Source: Wallemia ichthyophaga EXF-994 (Eukaryota > Fungi > Basidiomycota). From it: a stretch of 124,000 nucleotides of DNA. Positions 1 through 14,059 of the stretch are shown here, one piece after another. The position numbers and the translations under genes are program-made. The notes under the pieces were generated by a model that saw only the letters and a list, made by a program, of their open reading frames with translations, made no database searches and was not told the DNA's origin. The stretch is taken from assembly GCF_000400465.1 (NCBI RefSeq), contig NW_008806280.1:20001-144000 (forward strand). The letters run 5' to 3'. Position 1 is the stretch's first letter. Each line of letters starts with the position of its first letter.

Positions 1-1055
1 GATGGTAACTACGCGAAACCAGTCAAAGGAGAAGCATTCTCGATAGGGATCGGGGAGCGTATAGGAGTGGCTTTCCGTCTGCACACGCCAGGCGAGTACA
101 CGCTGCGCATCTCAGCCTACAACGAGCCGCAGGTGAGTGTGATAACAGCACCATCAGCAACTACTAACCCAGTTGCACAGGTAATCGGTCAATTCGCCAT
201 CATAAGGTATGGATTGGCTGATGATGATGATAGGGTGGAATACAGTGACCCGGCTTCGGAAAATGATCCAGGGATGCCGTCCATACCACTGTCGGAACCA
301 TTTATCAACTACGCTGGTCAGCCTGTATCGGGTGATATACGAGTTCTGAATGATTCACTCATCTCATTGAAACAGTTTGCTCCCCCACTTATCCCCAAGC
401 GCGGGGAAGCGGCGGATGTGACGTTGCATTACTCACTCAGTAACGCCAACTTCCTCAAATGGTCCATGAGCGAGTGGGGCACTGTGGAGTACTATGCCGC
501 CAGCAACGAGCTCAATAAGCCACCGGTACTGTATGATTTCGAGCAATACATCGGTGATGAGTCTATAGCGTCGTATCCGAATGGCAGTGTGGTTGATGTA
601 ATAATCACAAATGGTGCAGATTATGGCGATAGACAACCTGCGCACCCTATCCACAAGCATTTCGAACATTATCACGTCCTCGCGGCTGGAACAGGTAATT
701 TCAGTTACTGGGATGTAGTTGAAGCTGAGGATAATGGAGTGCAAGTTAACTGGCTCGATCCACCTTATAGAGACACTGTGCTGATTCCAGAAAGTACAAT
801 TGATGAGGGCAGCTATCTCATCTTTAGATACGAGAGCGTGCAACCTACAGCGTGAGTTCGGGTGTAGGATGTGATCAATATTTTTAACTAAACAATAGCG
901 CACTGTTGCACTGCCATGTTAACATGCACAATATTGGTGGTATGGCTTATGTACTCATCGCTACAGATGAGGGCGGCACACCTGCAATGCCTGAGTACTA
1001 CAGCGTCAAGGCGCTTAATAAAGATCTCAACACGGTGAATAGCGAGCTGTCGTAA
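1..1055 (+). CDS. Multicopper oxidase (laccase-like), 3' part; 5' end outside window
   Basis: HPIHKH copper motif in ORF 67-855; after an intron (~852-898) the frame reads LLHCHVNMHNIGGM (HCH...H...M type-1 Cu site), stop at 1055. Confidence 0.85.
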
Positions 1056-1909
1056 GGTTTTGACAATTGTAATAAAATCCATTTGAAAATGAAAAGAATC
1101 AAATGCTATTGTCAATGCCAAAGACATGCATATAGGAAATGTCTCAATTTACATCGATTTTTGCAGAAATAACGAGAATGCAATAATGATGCGAAAGCGC
1201 TTAGATATACTGATATTAGACAGCTTTAGCAATGAAAATGATTACCACAAGGTTCAATCACCGTTCGCAACTGAATCACAACTGAATCATCATTCATAAA
1301 TCTCAACTTGTGAATACAAAAACGGCGTAATAAATTAATAATAAAGCACAGTCACACTTCACGCTTACAATTTAACCTCAGCCGCTCTCTGCAATTTATA
1401 ACCGATGCGACTGCGGGACGCCGAACGGCCAATGGGAAAAACAAACGGGCATTAAAAATGCGAATGTATTGTACATGTGTCACAGCAGCCGAGAAATATC
1501 GTTTTAAAAGATAAGATAAATGATTTTATACAACTATGTAAACAAGTCAAAAACAAAGGCTATTAAACAAAAGAGATTAAACATAGAAGACAAGAATGGT
1601 AGTATAAGAATCCCTAAAGCTTTGATTCTTTGGTGTGATTATGTTGAGCTGTAGTAGAGTATCGTGTTTGATGTATCGAGTCTTGTGTTTTGTTATCCAA
1701 AATAATGTACAGATTATCTGTCTACCAAGAATGAAGGAAAGAAAGACGAGAATAGGGAAATAAAAGATACGGAGAAGGCTTTCGCTATAACGTTGGATTC
1801 TGTATATCTTTAGAATGACTAGAAATGTGTAAGAAAATCGCGATGAGTCATTTTGATCCTTGTTGTTGAGGGTGAGAGTGTGTTGGCCTCATCAATTCAA
1901 TCCGTGCAC

Positions 1910-3493
1910 CTAGCAATGAACGTAGCTGTCTACCTCATTTGCCTCTTTAGGATCGAGTGTGTAATCAACAAAGTCAGTGATAGCGCTATGGCCAAAGTCG
2001 TGCGTATGGGGATGAGTATGAGCGTTGACTAAGTTATTACCATGTGAACCACTTCCAACACCGACACTAAAGTCATTGCTGTTGCTAAAATCGTTACCAT
2101 TTTGAGCGCCTCCACTGACACCGAAATCTTCGAAAGTGTGGATGAAATCGGATGCGCATGATGATCTTCTAACTTGATCATTGTAGCCGCTATACATATC
2201 ATACGGTACCATACCACCATAAGTCGTTGTTGCGCTTGTAGATACCTCAGAGTCCCTCCTGCAGTTATCGAACAAGCTGCTGTTATCGAAGTTACTCGAC
2301 ATAACAGATTGTCGACGATCGGCATCAGATTGATCGTCAAAGTAGGAAGAAGATTCTCTCCAGAAAGTGTCTGAAGTCGCTAGAGCATGGGAGAGAGAAT
2401 TTGAAGAAGATGATTGAAAAATATTGTGCTGTTGCTGATTTTCCATTTGTGATGGAGTCGTGTTGGTCGTTGGACTGGAAGGGTCGCTCGAGTTAAGTTG
2501 AGCGTCTGCAGTGTGGAGTACTAATCCATGCGTAGAAAGAGGTGCTTCTGTAGGTGAAAGGGGGAATGGCGAGTTTGGAGATTCTTCTGTGCAAGTTGGG
2601 AGTTTAGACTTGGATGCAGATTGACGTAGTGACTGATTTGAGCGACGTGTTTGGAAATTTGGAAGTGATGCTCGCCTGACGGGGCCGATGTTGCCGGGAT
2701 TTGTAAGAGCGGAGAGGGAATAGCCGAGGGAGTGAGACTGAGGGATAGACAAACCTAAGCCGTTTGTAGGCGCGTGGGTTGGCTGTACAGGTTGTGTTAT
2801 GGGAGCAGATCCCCTTCTAAACTGCGTATTGTTAGGGTTACTGAGTGGATCCAAGTTAAAGTGAGTATCAAAGAATGGATTAGATATCAGGCTTGTTGGC
2901 GATAGACTTGTAGATGGCGGTATTAAGCTTGAGGATGCAGGACTTGGAAGGGGCGATGGATAGAGAAGATTTTGACTTGGCTGAGGGTCAATTTGAAGGG
3001 AATTGTTGGTTGGTGCGGGCGTTAGCGTTGGTGCAGGTGTAGAATCACTGTCACTGTGTGCCTGTGCCTGTTGCTGCTGTGGCTGTGGTTGTACCTCGAA
3101 ATCGTCATTGACCTGCTTCTTGGCCTGGGCTTTGGCCTTTGCCCTTCTATTCTGAAACCAGATCTGAACGCCCCTTGGAGTCATTTCAAGTTGCTCTGCC
3201 AAGGATTTCCTAATTAAGGCTGCTGGCTTTGGATTCGTCTGGTAAGTTTCCTCGAGGACCTGGGGGTTATTTTAGCAGAGAATTTCACAGCCACAGAGCC
3301 AGCTATCACGTACATTAAACTGATGCTTCGACGTCCTCTTCCTGTGCTTAACCTCGAATGGCTGATATTGGAGCAATTGCGTCTGTAGCTGCTGCTGCGA
3401 GGGCTTGCTATCGCTATCGTCCTGGCCCACAGCATGCTGAGTTGCCTGATAGCTACTTGGGTGGAATAACTGTACTGGCTTATAATTCATCAT
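1910..3493 (-). CDS. Homeobox transcription factor, one intron
   Basis: FEVKHRKRTS (upstream exon) plus MTPRGVQIWFQNRRAK helix 3; S/P/Q-rich C-terminus. Confidence 0.9.
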
Positions 3494-3710
3494 TCTATCT
3501 CTGGTCACTCTTCACCGATTTCAGTAAACCCGATTCGATACTGAAATTCCGGTAAGAAAAATTAAATAAAATATAAAAAGCTTTTTGGTTATTTGGTTTA
3601 GCTTACATGAATTTATAAACCCCAATTAGTCCCTTAACACTCTCAGTTCACTCCCCCCACACACCTTCCTAATTCATTTCATTTTCCTACAAGAAAATCT
3701 TCATCCAGCT

Positions 3711-5167
<1,457 letters not shown>

Positions 5168-5172
5168 CGTCA

Positions 5173-5820
5173 ATGTTCACCGAGGAAATAAAAACACTTA
5201 AGAGACTCGGTTTCAGGCATTGCTTGTTGCAGGCCTTATCCTTTGCCAGTGTGATATGTACCGCACTCGCCGTTTACAAAGGATTAGGCGTGGTGATGAA
5301 CACCGAGTCACCGATCGTTGTAGTCTTATCGTAGGCGGCGTATCTAGCAGCGTGATACAACCTCTCACTCCTCTCCTCCAGCGAATCCATGGAACCTGCC
5401 TTCGCGCGTGGCGATATCCTCTTCTTATACCATCCACCCGTGCAGCAGCCCATCGATATTGGAGAAATTACCGTCTACAAGCTACCAAACACTGACATAC
5501 CAATCGTGCACAGAGTCATCGATCATCATTTGGATGTGGGGCTTGAGACAGAGAAAATTCTCACCAAAGGCGATAATAACCCCGGAGACGATATCGTGTT
5601 GTATCGCGGACCCAAATGGCTCAGAAGAGATCAGATTGTGGGCAAGGTTATAGGTTATATTCCTTATGCGGGCTATATCACGATATTGATGGTATGTGCT
5701 TTGTTTGAGGTGATGGCAGTGACACTAACACTAACACACACATCCCAGAATGACCATCCTAATATTAAATACGCTGGTATTGCGCTTATGGCCGCTTTTG
5801 TCATGTTAAAGAGGGAGTAG
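5173..5820 (+). CDS. SEC11: Signal peptidase complex catalytic subunit
   Basis: ESPIVVVLS|[25 protein letters not shown]. Confidence 0.95.
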
Positions 5821-6043
5821 CTGTTTATTTATGCATGTATTTCATTCGAGTTAGGTGCAGAATGCATGAGGAATGTTGGGTGCCATGTACCAGGTATTAT
5901 AAACCATATCCACACAGCCTATGCAATAAACACTTTGCATACGTCACAAAACCCACGTTCAGCAGGCTGCAGCACGTGCGTCTGACTCGCTAAACCACTT
6001 GCGCACGTATTGATACACACGACAACCAACGCAACGCACAAGA

Positions 6044-7138
6044 ATGCAGCAAAAGAATCCATTACGACACACGCTATTCGCAGTCAGCGCACTCATGGTC
6101 GCGCTAACCGCGAGTCCTGTGCGCCCACCTCTAGATATACAAGCGCATCGCGGAGGACGTGGGAGTACAGTGGAGAACACACTTCCCAGCTTCGCATATG
6201 GCGCCATCAGCGGAGCCAACACGCTCGAGCTAGATTTCGGAGTGACAAAGGATGGATATGGGGTGGTGTGGCATGACGAGTATGTGATGCCGTCGAAATG
6301 TCTCGATACAGCGCCTGTCGTTGAGGAAGATTCCATGTGGCCATACGTAGGGAAACACATTGCGAATCTCACTCTCGCACAGATCAAGACACTCGATTGC
6401 GGTAGTCTGCGTCAGAGCGACTTTCCAATACAGGAGACTTACCCTGGCACTAAACTGTCTACTCTAGACGAACTGTTTGAGTTTGTTGCGTGTTTTGATA
6501 AGTCGGGCGACATTCAATTTAACGTTGAAACAAAGATCAACGCTGCACGAACCAACTCCACAAGAGATCCCCTTACTTTTGTTGAGGTGCTCTTGGATAG
6601 CATCGATAAGCACCATCTAGGCACGCGCATCACCCACCAAAGCTTCGATTGGCGGGCTTTGCAGATATCGAAGCATCTCAGACCACATCTCAAGACTAGC
6701 GCACTGTATGACGTAACAACAGCAACAAACAATTCAGCGTGGCTGGGTGATGGGGATATTACAGGTATAGAAGATTACAACGGACTTCCCCCTGCCACTG
6801 CAGCTGCTTTGATAGCAAGGGAAATAGACTCAGATATGATATCACCTGCGGAAATAACCACCAACAGCTCATCGACGCTGTCCTCACCGGAGTATCACCC
6901 ATTCCTCACAGAGGAGGTCGTTCATGTGGCACACGACTTGGATATGCTCGTCAAGCCATGGACGGTGGATACACTCAATGTCGTAGACGAGATGTATGGC
7001 TGGGGCGTTGATGGGATTATAACCGACTGGCCACATCAACTTGTCAGATGGGCTGAGCTGAACAAACTCAACACTGCACGCAAGTTTGATCATCATGTTG
7101 TAAACCAGTGTCTCGCGGAACACAACCAGCTTGTATAA
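6044..7138 (+). CDS. Glycerophosphodiester phosphodiesterase with N-terminal signal peptide
   Basis: DIQAHRGGRG, LELD..VTKDG..VVWHD, FNVETK, WTVD, GIITD. Confidence 0.93.
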   Translation: MQQKNPLRHTLFAVSALMVALTASPVRPPLDIQAHRGGRGSTVENTLPSFAYGAISGANTLELDFGVTKDGYGVVWHDEYVMPSKCLDTAPVVEEDSMWPYVGKHIANLTLAQIKTLDCGSLRQSDFPIQETYPGTKLSTLDELFEFVACFDKSGDIQFNVETKINAARTNSTRDPLTFVEVLLDSIDKHHLGTRITHQSFDWRALQISKHLRPHLKTSALYDVTTATNNSAWLGDGDITGIEDYNGLPPATAAALIAREIDSDMISPAEITTNSSSTLSSPEYHPFLTEEVVHVAHDLDMLVKPWTVDTLNVVDEMYGWGVDGIITDWPHQLVRWAELNKLNTARKFDHHVVNQCLAEHNQLV

Positions 7139-7208
7139 GTATCTAATCTAGTTATTTTGCTATTGGGAATATCTATACTTTGAGTGTCGCTTTGTCACTG
7201 TTGTCACT

Positions 7209-8616
7209 CTAACTCACCTCCTCCACTTGCCTCCGTCTCACTCTCTCGCCAAGTGTCCGTTTGAGCTTATCCAAATTAACCTCATGTTTCGCTGAAATAG
7301 GTATGATGGTAGTAGACGGATCGAGAGTGCCGCCCTCGATTAAACACTGCACACCATCTGTAAACTGCGAGAGACGGTGTTTGGCTTGTGCATTCTGCTG
7401 CTCATCACCACCCAGTAAATCAGCCTTGTTTGCGACAATCACCGTCCCAGCCCTGGCCAGACCGCTTTTGTACTCGTTCAGTTCGTGTATCAGGGTGTGC
7501 AAGTGTGTGAGGGGGTGAAGTGAGGAAAGATCGACAACAAACACGAGCACGAGAGCGCGCTCGACACTGCGCAGGAAAGTGTGTCCGAGGCCCTTGTTGA
7601 GCGCCGCATCAGCAATCAGGCCGGGGTTATCGAGGATAGTGAATCTGTGCGAGGGTGTGAGTGCATCTTTAGCGCCCTCACCTTCACCCTCACCGTCAGC
7701 ACCGACGACACCAATCTCAGGCTTGAGCGTCGTGAAGGCGTAGTTGGCGACTTTGGTCTTGGAGCTGGTGATAGCAGCGAGGATGCTGCTCTTGCCTGCA
7801 TTCGGCAGTCCCACCAGTCCGACATGAGCGAGAAGCTTCATTTCGAGACTCAGCTTGACATGTCCACCCGGCTGGCCTTTGCGGGCGAACTTGGGTGACC
7901 TGTGTTGATGGGTGACGAAAGCGGGGTTGCCGACACCGCCGAGACCACCTGAGACGATGAGATGAGGGGACTTATCATCGGATATATCCACTTCGAGTGC
8001 GTGCTCCTGCTCGTGCTGTGGGTTATAGCGTTTCAGCTGCAGATTTTCACTCCTACGCAATTCTTTGTCGGCGTCGAGGAAGAGAGGGTGGGTGGAATTA
8101 GCCTCCTCCATGCCTGGATAGTGTAGCCAAGCCCTGTCTCTACGCAATTGCGTGAGTGTGTCTTCGTCTTGGCTGCAGTTCCTGTCTTCGCGCGGCGGAG
8201 GCGCACACCGCCACAGCTCGCGGATAACGGTGCCTGGGGGGATATCGATGACTGTATCAGCCCCACGCTTGCCTAAACGGCCATCCCCGCTGCCTGATGC
8301 GCCGTTGGCAGCGCGGATCTTGGATGGGATCGTGTGGAGGCTGTTCAGTTTGGCGTTGGGGGAGAAAGTCACAGAGCCACCAGAACCACCTGAGCCACCG
8401 CTGTTGAGTGCGTTCAGCAGACACTCTCCACACCATCCAAACCACTCACGTCGGCGGCCCTAATCCCGTAGGCGTCTTGGTGAAGGCAACAGCGCCGTTG
8501 CCGCCAGCGCCCGCCTTAACGTCGACGACGTGGAAATCTTGGAATCTTTTATGACGTCGCTTGCCATCGACTCGCAGTCTTATCGCAGCTTCGTTGAGCG
8601 TCTTGCGTAGCGTCAT
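7209..8616 (-). CDS. MTG2: Obg-family mitochondrial GTPase
   Basis: AGAGGNG Obg fold, VGLVGLPNAGKSS, YAFTTL, DNPGL, ANKAD, ISAK. Confidence 0.92.
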
Positions 8617-8644
8617 CGGCGATCGTTGCAAGTGAACGTTGAAG

Positions 8645-10645
8645 ATGAAGGAAACAAATAAAAATAAAATCCAGCAATTCTCACCAATCAGATTGCAGAT
8701 CTACAAAGAATTCTGGCACGCACTTTCTTCTTTCAAGCTCAACACCCAGCGGCTGGATGACGCACCGATACCAGTCCACGCAGGTTTCAACGCAGGCAGG
8801 GCGATCATCGATAACAACACCGGCGACGTCATTGATACCCCGGCATCCCTCCTCCTCGACGGTCTTGGCGGTGTCGACGGCGTCCCTCTCAGCTACGCGG
8901 CGCACGGCCACGTCCACAACATGAACACCATCGAGGATTTCAAGCGCTGCGATAAGACAGCTCTCTTCAACTCCACCCTTGACTCCATCAAGCTGGCCAA
9001 ATCCGTTGACGATTTGATCCGCTTCCTCCTCATCTCCTTCTCAGACATGAAAAAATTCACTTTTCACTACCTCGCAGCGACCCCTGCGGTGATTGATGGG
9101 GGTGCACCGTGGCTGGGGAGCATGGCTGGGTGCGATGCTGCTCTGGCACGCGAAATACAGAGTGTCCAGCCGGCAGGACAGTGGTGTTGGATTGTTCGCA
9201 GGGCAGATGACGGTGTGCTGAGTGGTGCATCTGTTGATGAGTGGGAGGTGTTCCATCGCGACACTCACTCACAGTCACACACTCACAACCACACTCCCAC
9301 CATCGCCTTCATCGACCCCTCCTCAGGCCACGCGCCCGGATGGCCACTGCGCAATCTCCTCTACTACATCTGCACACGCTTCGGTGCGCGCAAAGTTGAC
9401 GTCTTTGCCAGCAGAAACACACATTCTCTCTACGGCACGCTGACCACCGATGCACGCGCGTACGAGCAAGTAAGTGGGGTGGGATGGGAGAAAAACAGCT
9501 CCACGCATAAGATATCTCCACAGACAATCGACCTGAGTGCCTCACTCGATCCAACCAAACTCGCCGACCAGGCGGTAGAACTTAATCTCAAGTTGATGAA
9601 ATGGCGCATACTCCCCTCGCTCGATCTGGACGTGATCGGTGGGCAGCGCTGTTTGCTGCTGGGGGCGGGTACGCTTGGATGTTATGTCGCACGCGGGTTG
9701 ATGGCGTGGGGTGTGAGACACATCACCTTGGTTGACAGCGGCACAGTCAGCTATAGCAACCCTGTCAGGCAGCCGCTGTTCGAATTCGAGGACTGCGCAG
9801 AGGGCGGGAAGCCCAAGGCGGAGTGTGCGGCGGAGCGCTTACGTAGGATTTACCCAGGCGTACAGGCATGCGGTGTGCAGTTGAGCATTCCTATGCCAGG
9901 TCACCCCTTCCCAACCTCCAGCAAGGCGCGTGTGGAGAGCGAGGTTCACCGCCTTGATGCGCTCATCGATCAGCATGACTCCATATTTCTCCTCACTGAC
10001 TCCCGCGAGAGCAGATGGCTGCCAACTCTGTTAGGCAAGGCGCGCAACAAGGTGGGTTGGAATTGGAGCGTAGTTTGGAAAACACCCTAACACGCACCAC
10101 AGACGGTCATAAACGCCGCACTGGGATTCGACAGCTATCTCGTAATGCGTCATGGCACACCGGTCAACAAACTCGGTTGCTACTACTGTAACGATATAGT
10201 CGCACCAACAGACTCACTAAGTGATCGGACACTAGACCAGATGTGCACGGTCACCAGACCGGGTGTGGCGCCTATAGCTGCTGCTACTGCCGTCGAGATG
10301 CTGACATCACTCCTGCAACATCCACAGCAGAAGCATGTGGGGAGTACTCGTGCTGGTGGTGATCATGTGCACACCGATGAATCACTCCTCGGCGTTACTC
10401 CTCATCAAATTCGCGGCCAGCTCGGTCGGTTTGATAACGTGCAAATCACTGGCATGGCTTTCGACCGCTGCACGGCCTGCTCGGATGTCATCCAGGATGC
10501 ATACCACACCCAAGGGATGGAGATGATCAGCAGGGCTATCAACGATAGTGACTACCTCGTCAATATCAGTGGTCTGTCAGATTTATATAAAGCTTCAGAA
10601 GATGCAATCAAGGATATAACAATAGAGAGTGAGGATGAGTTTTGA
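8645..10645 (+). CDS. ATG7: Autophagy E1-like enzyme
   Basis: LKLMKWRILP, LLLGAGTLGC, VSYSNPVRQ, LGCYYCND, TLDQMCTVTRPG (catalytic Cys). Confidence 0.97.
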
Positions 10646-10660
10646 TCAATCCACCCAAAA

Positions 10661-11231
10661 TCACTCCAATCTTAATATCAAGTGGACACCAGAATCAGTA
10701 TCGATGATGTCAGATAACTGTAAGACACCAATGTTAAACGAGGCATCTTCGAATGGTTTCTGCATCTGACCACGGCTGAATCTACCCAAGTCACCGCCTT
10801 TAGCGTGAGAGGAGCAGTCAGAGTGTTCGTGTGCGAGTTTCGAGAAGACGGCGGCGAGTTCATGAGCGTGGTACTGCGAGAGGGTTGATTGCAGCTCTCT
10901 CAGCTGAGCGAGGGCTTCTTCCTTTGAGCGAGTAATGTTAGCCTGTGGGTGGTGTTAGCGTGCGTGCTGCTGATACTTCCTACACTCTCACCTCCTTCCA
11001 GCTCGAAGGCCTTCTTGACTTGTTGTGCTTGATGAGAAGGTGCGACGCGCGTACTTTTTGTGGCGCTTCACCTGCGCCACCCGCACCACCCGCCAACAAC
11101 TCATATCCAGCCAGCGACTTGATTTCTTCCTGAGTTAGATTCCCCGGTGCCTCCCAGACGCTCTCCCTCGTCTCCGAATTAAAGAAATATGGCTGCTGGC
11201 GTGAGTTTGAGAATTTAATCGTCCACGTCAT
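10661..11231 (-). CDS. ESS1: Parvulin peptidyl-prolyl isomerase (WW + rotamase)
   Basis: WTIKFSNSRQQPYFFN..WEAP, VRASHLLIKHNKSRRPSSW, GVHLILR. Confidence 0.95.
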
Positions 11232-11321
11232 TTTGCAATGATGTCACGAGCCAAGGCAACTAGGCAACATTTGTTTCATTTAGGATAAAAAATTAAATTA
11301 TTACAAATTTCACTTATTCTC

Positions 11322-12713
11322 TTAGGACGTCATGTAAGTTGAGGCTTCAAGAGTCTCTGGGAGCTCTGGAATTGCAACCTCGAATCTGGACTGGATTGCT
11401 TTGAGTACATTGTCATCGTCCTCAGTAGAAACGAAAGTGATTGCTAGACCCTTTGTACCGAATCTACCTGCTCTACCTACTCTGTGAAGGTATGAGTCGG
11501 CATCTGTTGGTGTATCGTAGTTGACGACAATGTTTACTCTCTCAACATCGATACCTCTACCAAAGATATCAGTTGCAACCAAGATTCTAGACTCAAACTG
11601 CTTGAATTTGGTGTACCTCGCAATTCTCTCGTCTTGGCTCATTCTAGAGTGTATGCAAATTGATGGGAAGTTGCACTCTCTAAGTAATTTGTCTAGTTCG
11701 TTAGCTCTGAGTGTTGATTTAACAAAGATGACGACTTGGTTGAAGTCGAGGCTATCGAGGAGATCGTTCAGCTTGCGATTCTTTGTTGATTCAGATAACT
11801 TCACATAGTGCTGTTGTAAGCCGTGCAATGTAAGTTTAGTTTCATCGTCGACGTAGATTTCCAGTGGAGATTGCATGAATTTTTTGCAGACTGGTCTAAT
11901 TTCTTTCGAGAGGGTGGCACTAAACATCATGACCTGCTTGTGATGTGGTGTAGCTTTGAATATTTCCTGTACATCCCTTCTCATATCCAATTGATCGAGC
12001 ATTTTATCACACTCATCGAGAACAAAGTGTTTTATAGCCTTACCATTCAAGCTACCATCTCTAACTAAAGCGTTAATTCTACCAGGTGTACCAACGATAA
12101 CATGAGGACATTTTTCCTTGTTTTTGAGTATTTCTTGATCGGCTGCGACTGGAGTACCACCAAAGAAGACGGAGGTTCTGACGTTTGGCACGTACTTTGA
12201 GAATCTGCCGTACTCATTTTTGATTTGATAAGCGAGTTCTCTAGTGTGGCAGAGGACGATGACAGAGACTTCACCGTCAACTGGCTCCAATTGCTGCAAA
12301 GACGCCAAAACGAAGACAGCAGTCTTACCCATACCAGATTTTGCCTGGCATACAACATCCATACCGAGAATAGCCTGTGGAATACACTCTTGTTGAACTG
12401 GTTGTTGTGGCTGTGAGTTGAGTGGTTGCGTGACTTGACCAACTAACCTTCTGAAGGATGCTCAAAACCCAAATCTGAGATTGCTCGCAGCAATTCAGGC
12501 TTTAAGAGGAAATCTCTGAATCCAGTGGAGTGTATGCCAACGTAAGAGCCCTTCTTATCCTTTCCTTCTTCTGTAGGCTGCGCGGGTTGCTGCTCCTGCT
12601 GCTGCTGTGGTGCGACTTCCTCCTCCTCGTAATCAATAAGGTCTTCGTTATCAGCCCTGGAAAACGCGTATTAATATTCTCATTGCCCTATTTAACACCA
12701 ATTTATCTCACAT
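11322..12713 (-). CDS. SUB2: DECD-box RNA helicase UAP56; start codon split by intron 1
   Basis: [32 protein letters not shown]; N-terminus [13 protein letters not shown] formed by AT|intron 12657-12711|G. Confidence 0.97.
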
Positions 12714-12829
12714 TTTTTATTCACTCTGGGTGTATTCAACTAACACTCGATTCGGCGCATAGAAATTGAAAAATTATCTGAAAAGCGTGATTTATATTGA
12801 GTTTTTATATTTTCTTTTATTTTCTTATC

Positions 12830-13987
12830 TCACTTTCTAAGGCTGTCGTAATTCCTAACAAACCAATCCACGCTCTCCTCCAAAGCCTTTTCAAATGGGG
12901 TGAATTGAAAGTTACCGATGCACCTCATCAGCTTGTCGTTAGACGCAGGCTTCCTATACTGTCCATCTGGTTTGCTGGTGTCAAGGACATACTCTCCTTG
13001 GAATCCAACAGCCTTAACGACAGCATCAGCCACCTCTTTTATACTCACCTCCTCATTCTCCCCTACAGAGAGAATGACAGGTTCGATAGAATGATACTCG
13101 CGCAGCTGCCATATGAATAGCCTAGCGAGATCCAACGAGTAGATAAACTGCCGTAACGGCTTACCCGAACCCATCACCACGAATGGCTTCTTCTCCTTGT
13201 TTGCGAGGTAGCACTTGTGTATCAGGGCGGGTATAACGTGCGCGTATTCCAAGCTGTAGTTGTCATTAGGACCAAAGATATTCGTTGGAATTGCCGATGT
13301 GAACTGATTACCGAACTGGTCGTTGTACGCGTGGTTCTGTACATCTATCATACGCTTACCATATGCATAACCAAAGTTAGATGAATGTGGTGGTCCTAGG
13401 TGCACGCTCTCCTCGCGCAGCGGATAGGATACTTGGTCAGGGAAGACGCAAGTGGACAGGCAAGATATAAGTTTGTGTACCTGTGAAGGCTATGTTGAGA
13501 CTTGTAGTTGTATATGTGCTGCAAGCCACCCACCTTAAATTCATGGCTCAAGTGGAGGACATTGTCGTTAATGAGCATGTTCTCGCGCAGGAAGTCTAAC
13601 TGTGAGCGTGCGTAAGTGTGATTTACACCGCCCCATACAATATCGTACCTTGTATTTCATGTTGGCGAACAGTCCACCGACTTTCGCAGCGAGGTGTATG
13701 ACGTGCGTCGGGGAGTATTTAGCGAATACCGCACGCGCTTCTGCGTAGTTGCTAAGTGTTCATCACGTGCGCCGTAAGCACTGTTCAGGTCATTCAACCC
13801 ACACTCACCGCAGATCGCCATCAGTCGATTTGAGGAAGACCCAGGATTCGTTCGGCTGTCTCCCAAATCTACTTCCAATAGCCTCCTCATTGATCACTTT
13901 GTTTATTGCACTCCCAACTAATCCTGTTCCACCCGTAACGAGTACGACAGATGTGTTCTCTTGGCCGCTGCTACTGCTGTTGGTCAT
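12830..13987 (-). CDS. GDP-L-fucose synthase (epimerase/reductase), multi-exon
   Basis: [37 protein letters not shown] (YxxxK), [25 protein letters not shown]. Confidence 0.93.
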
Positions 13988-14059
13988 TTCGGTCTAAGGA
14001 ATAAGGAATAAATATTCATCGTGCTTATAATCATATTTATTACGTTGATTGATTACGTT

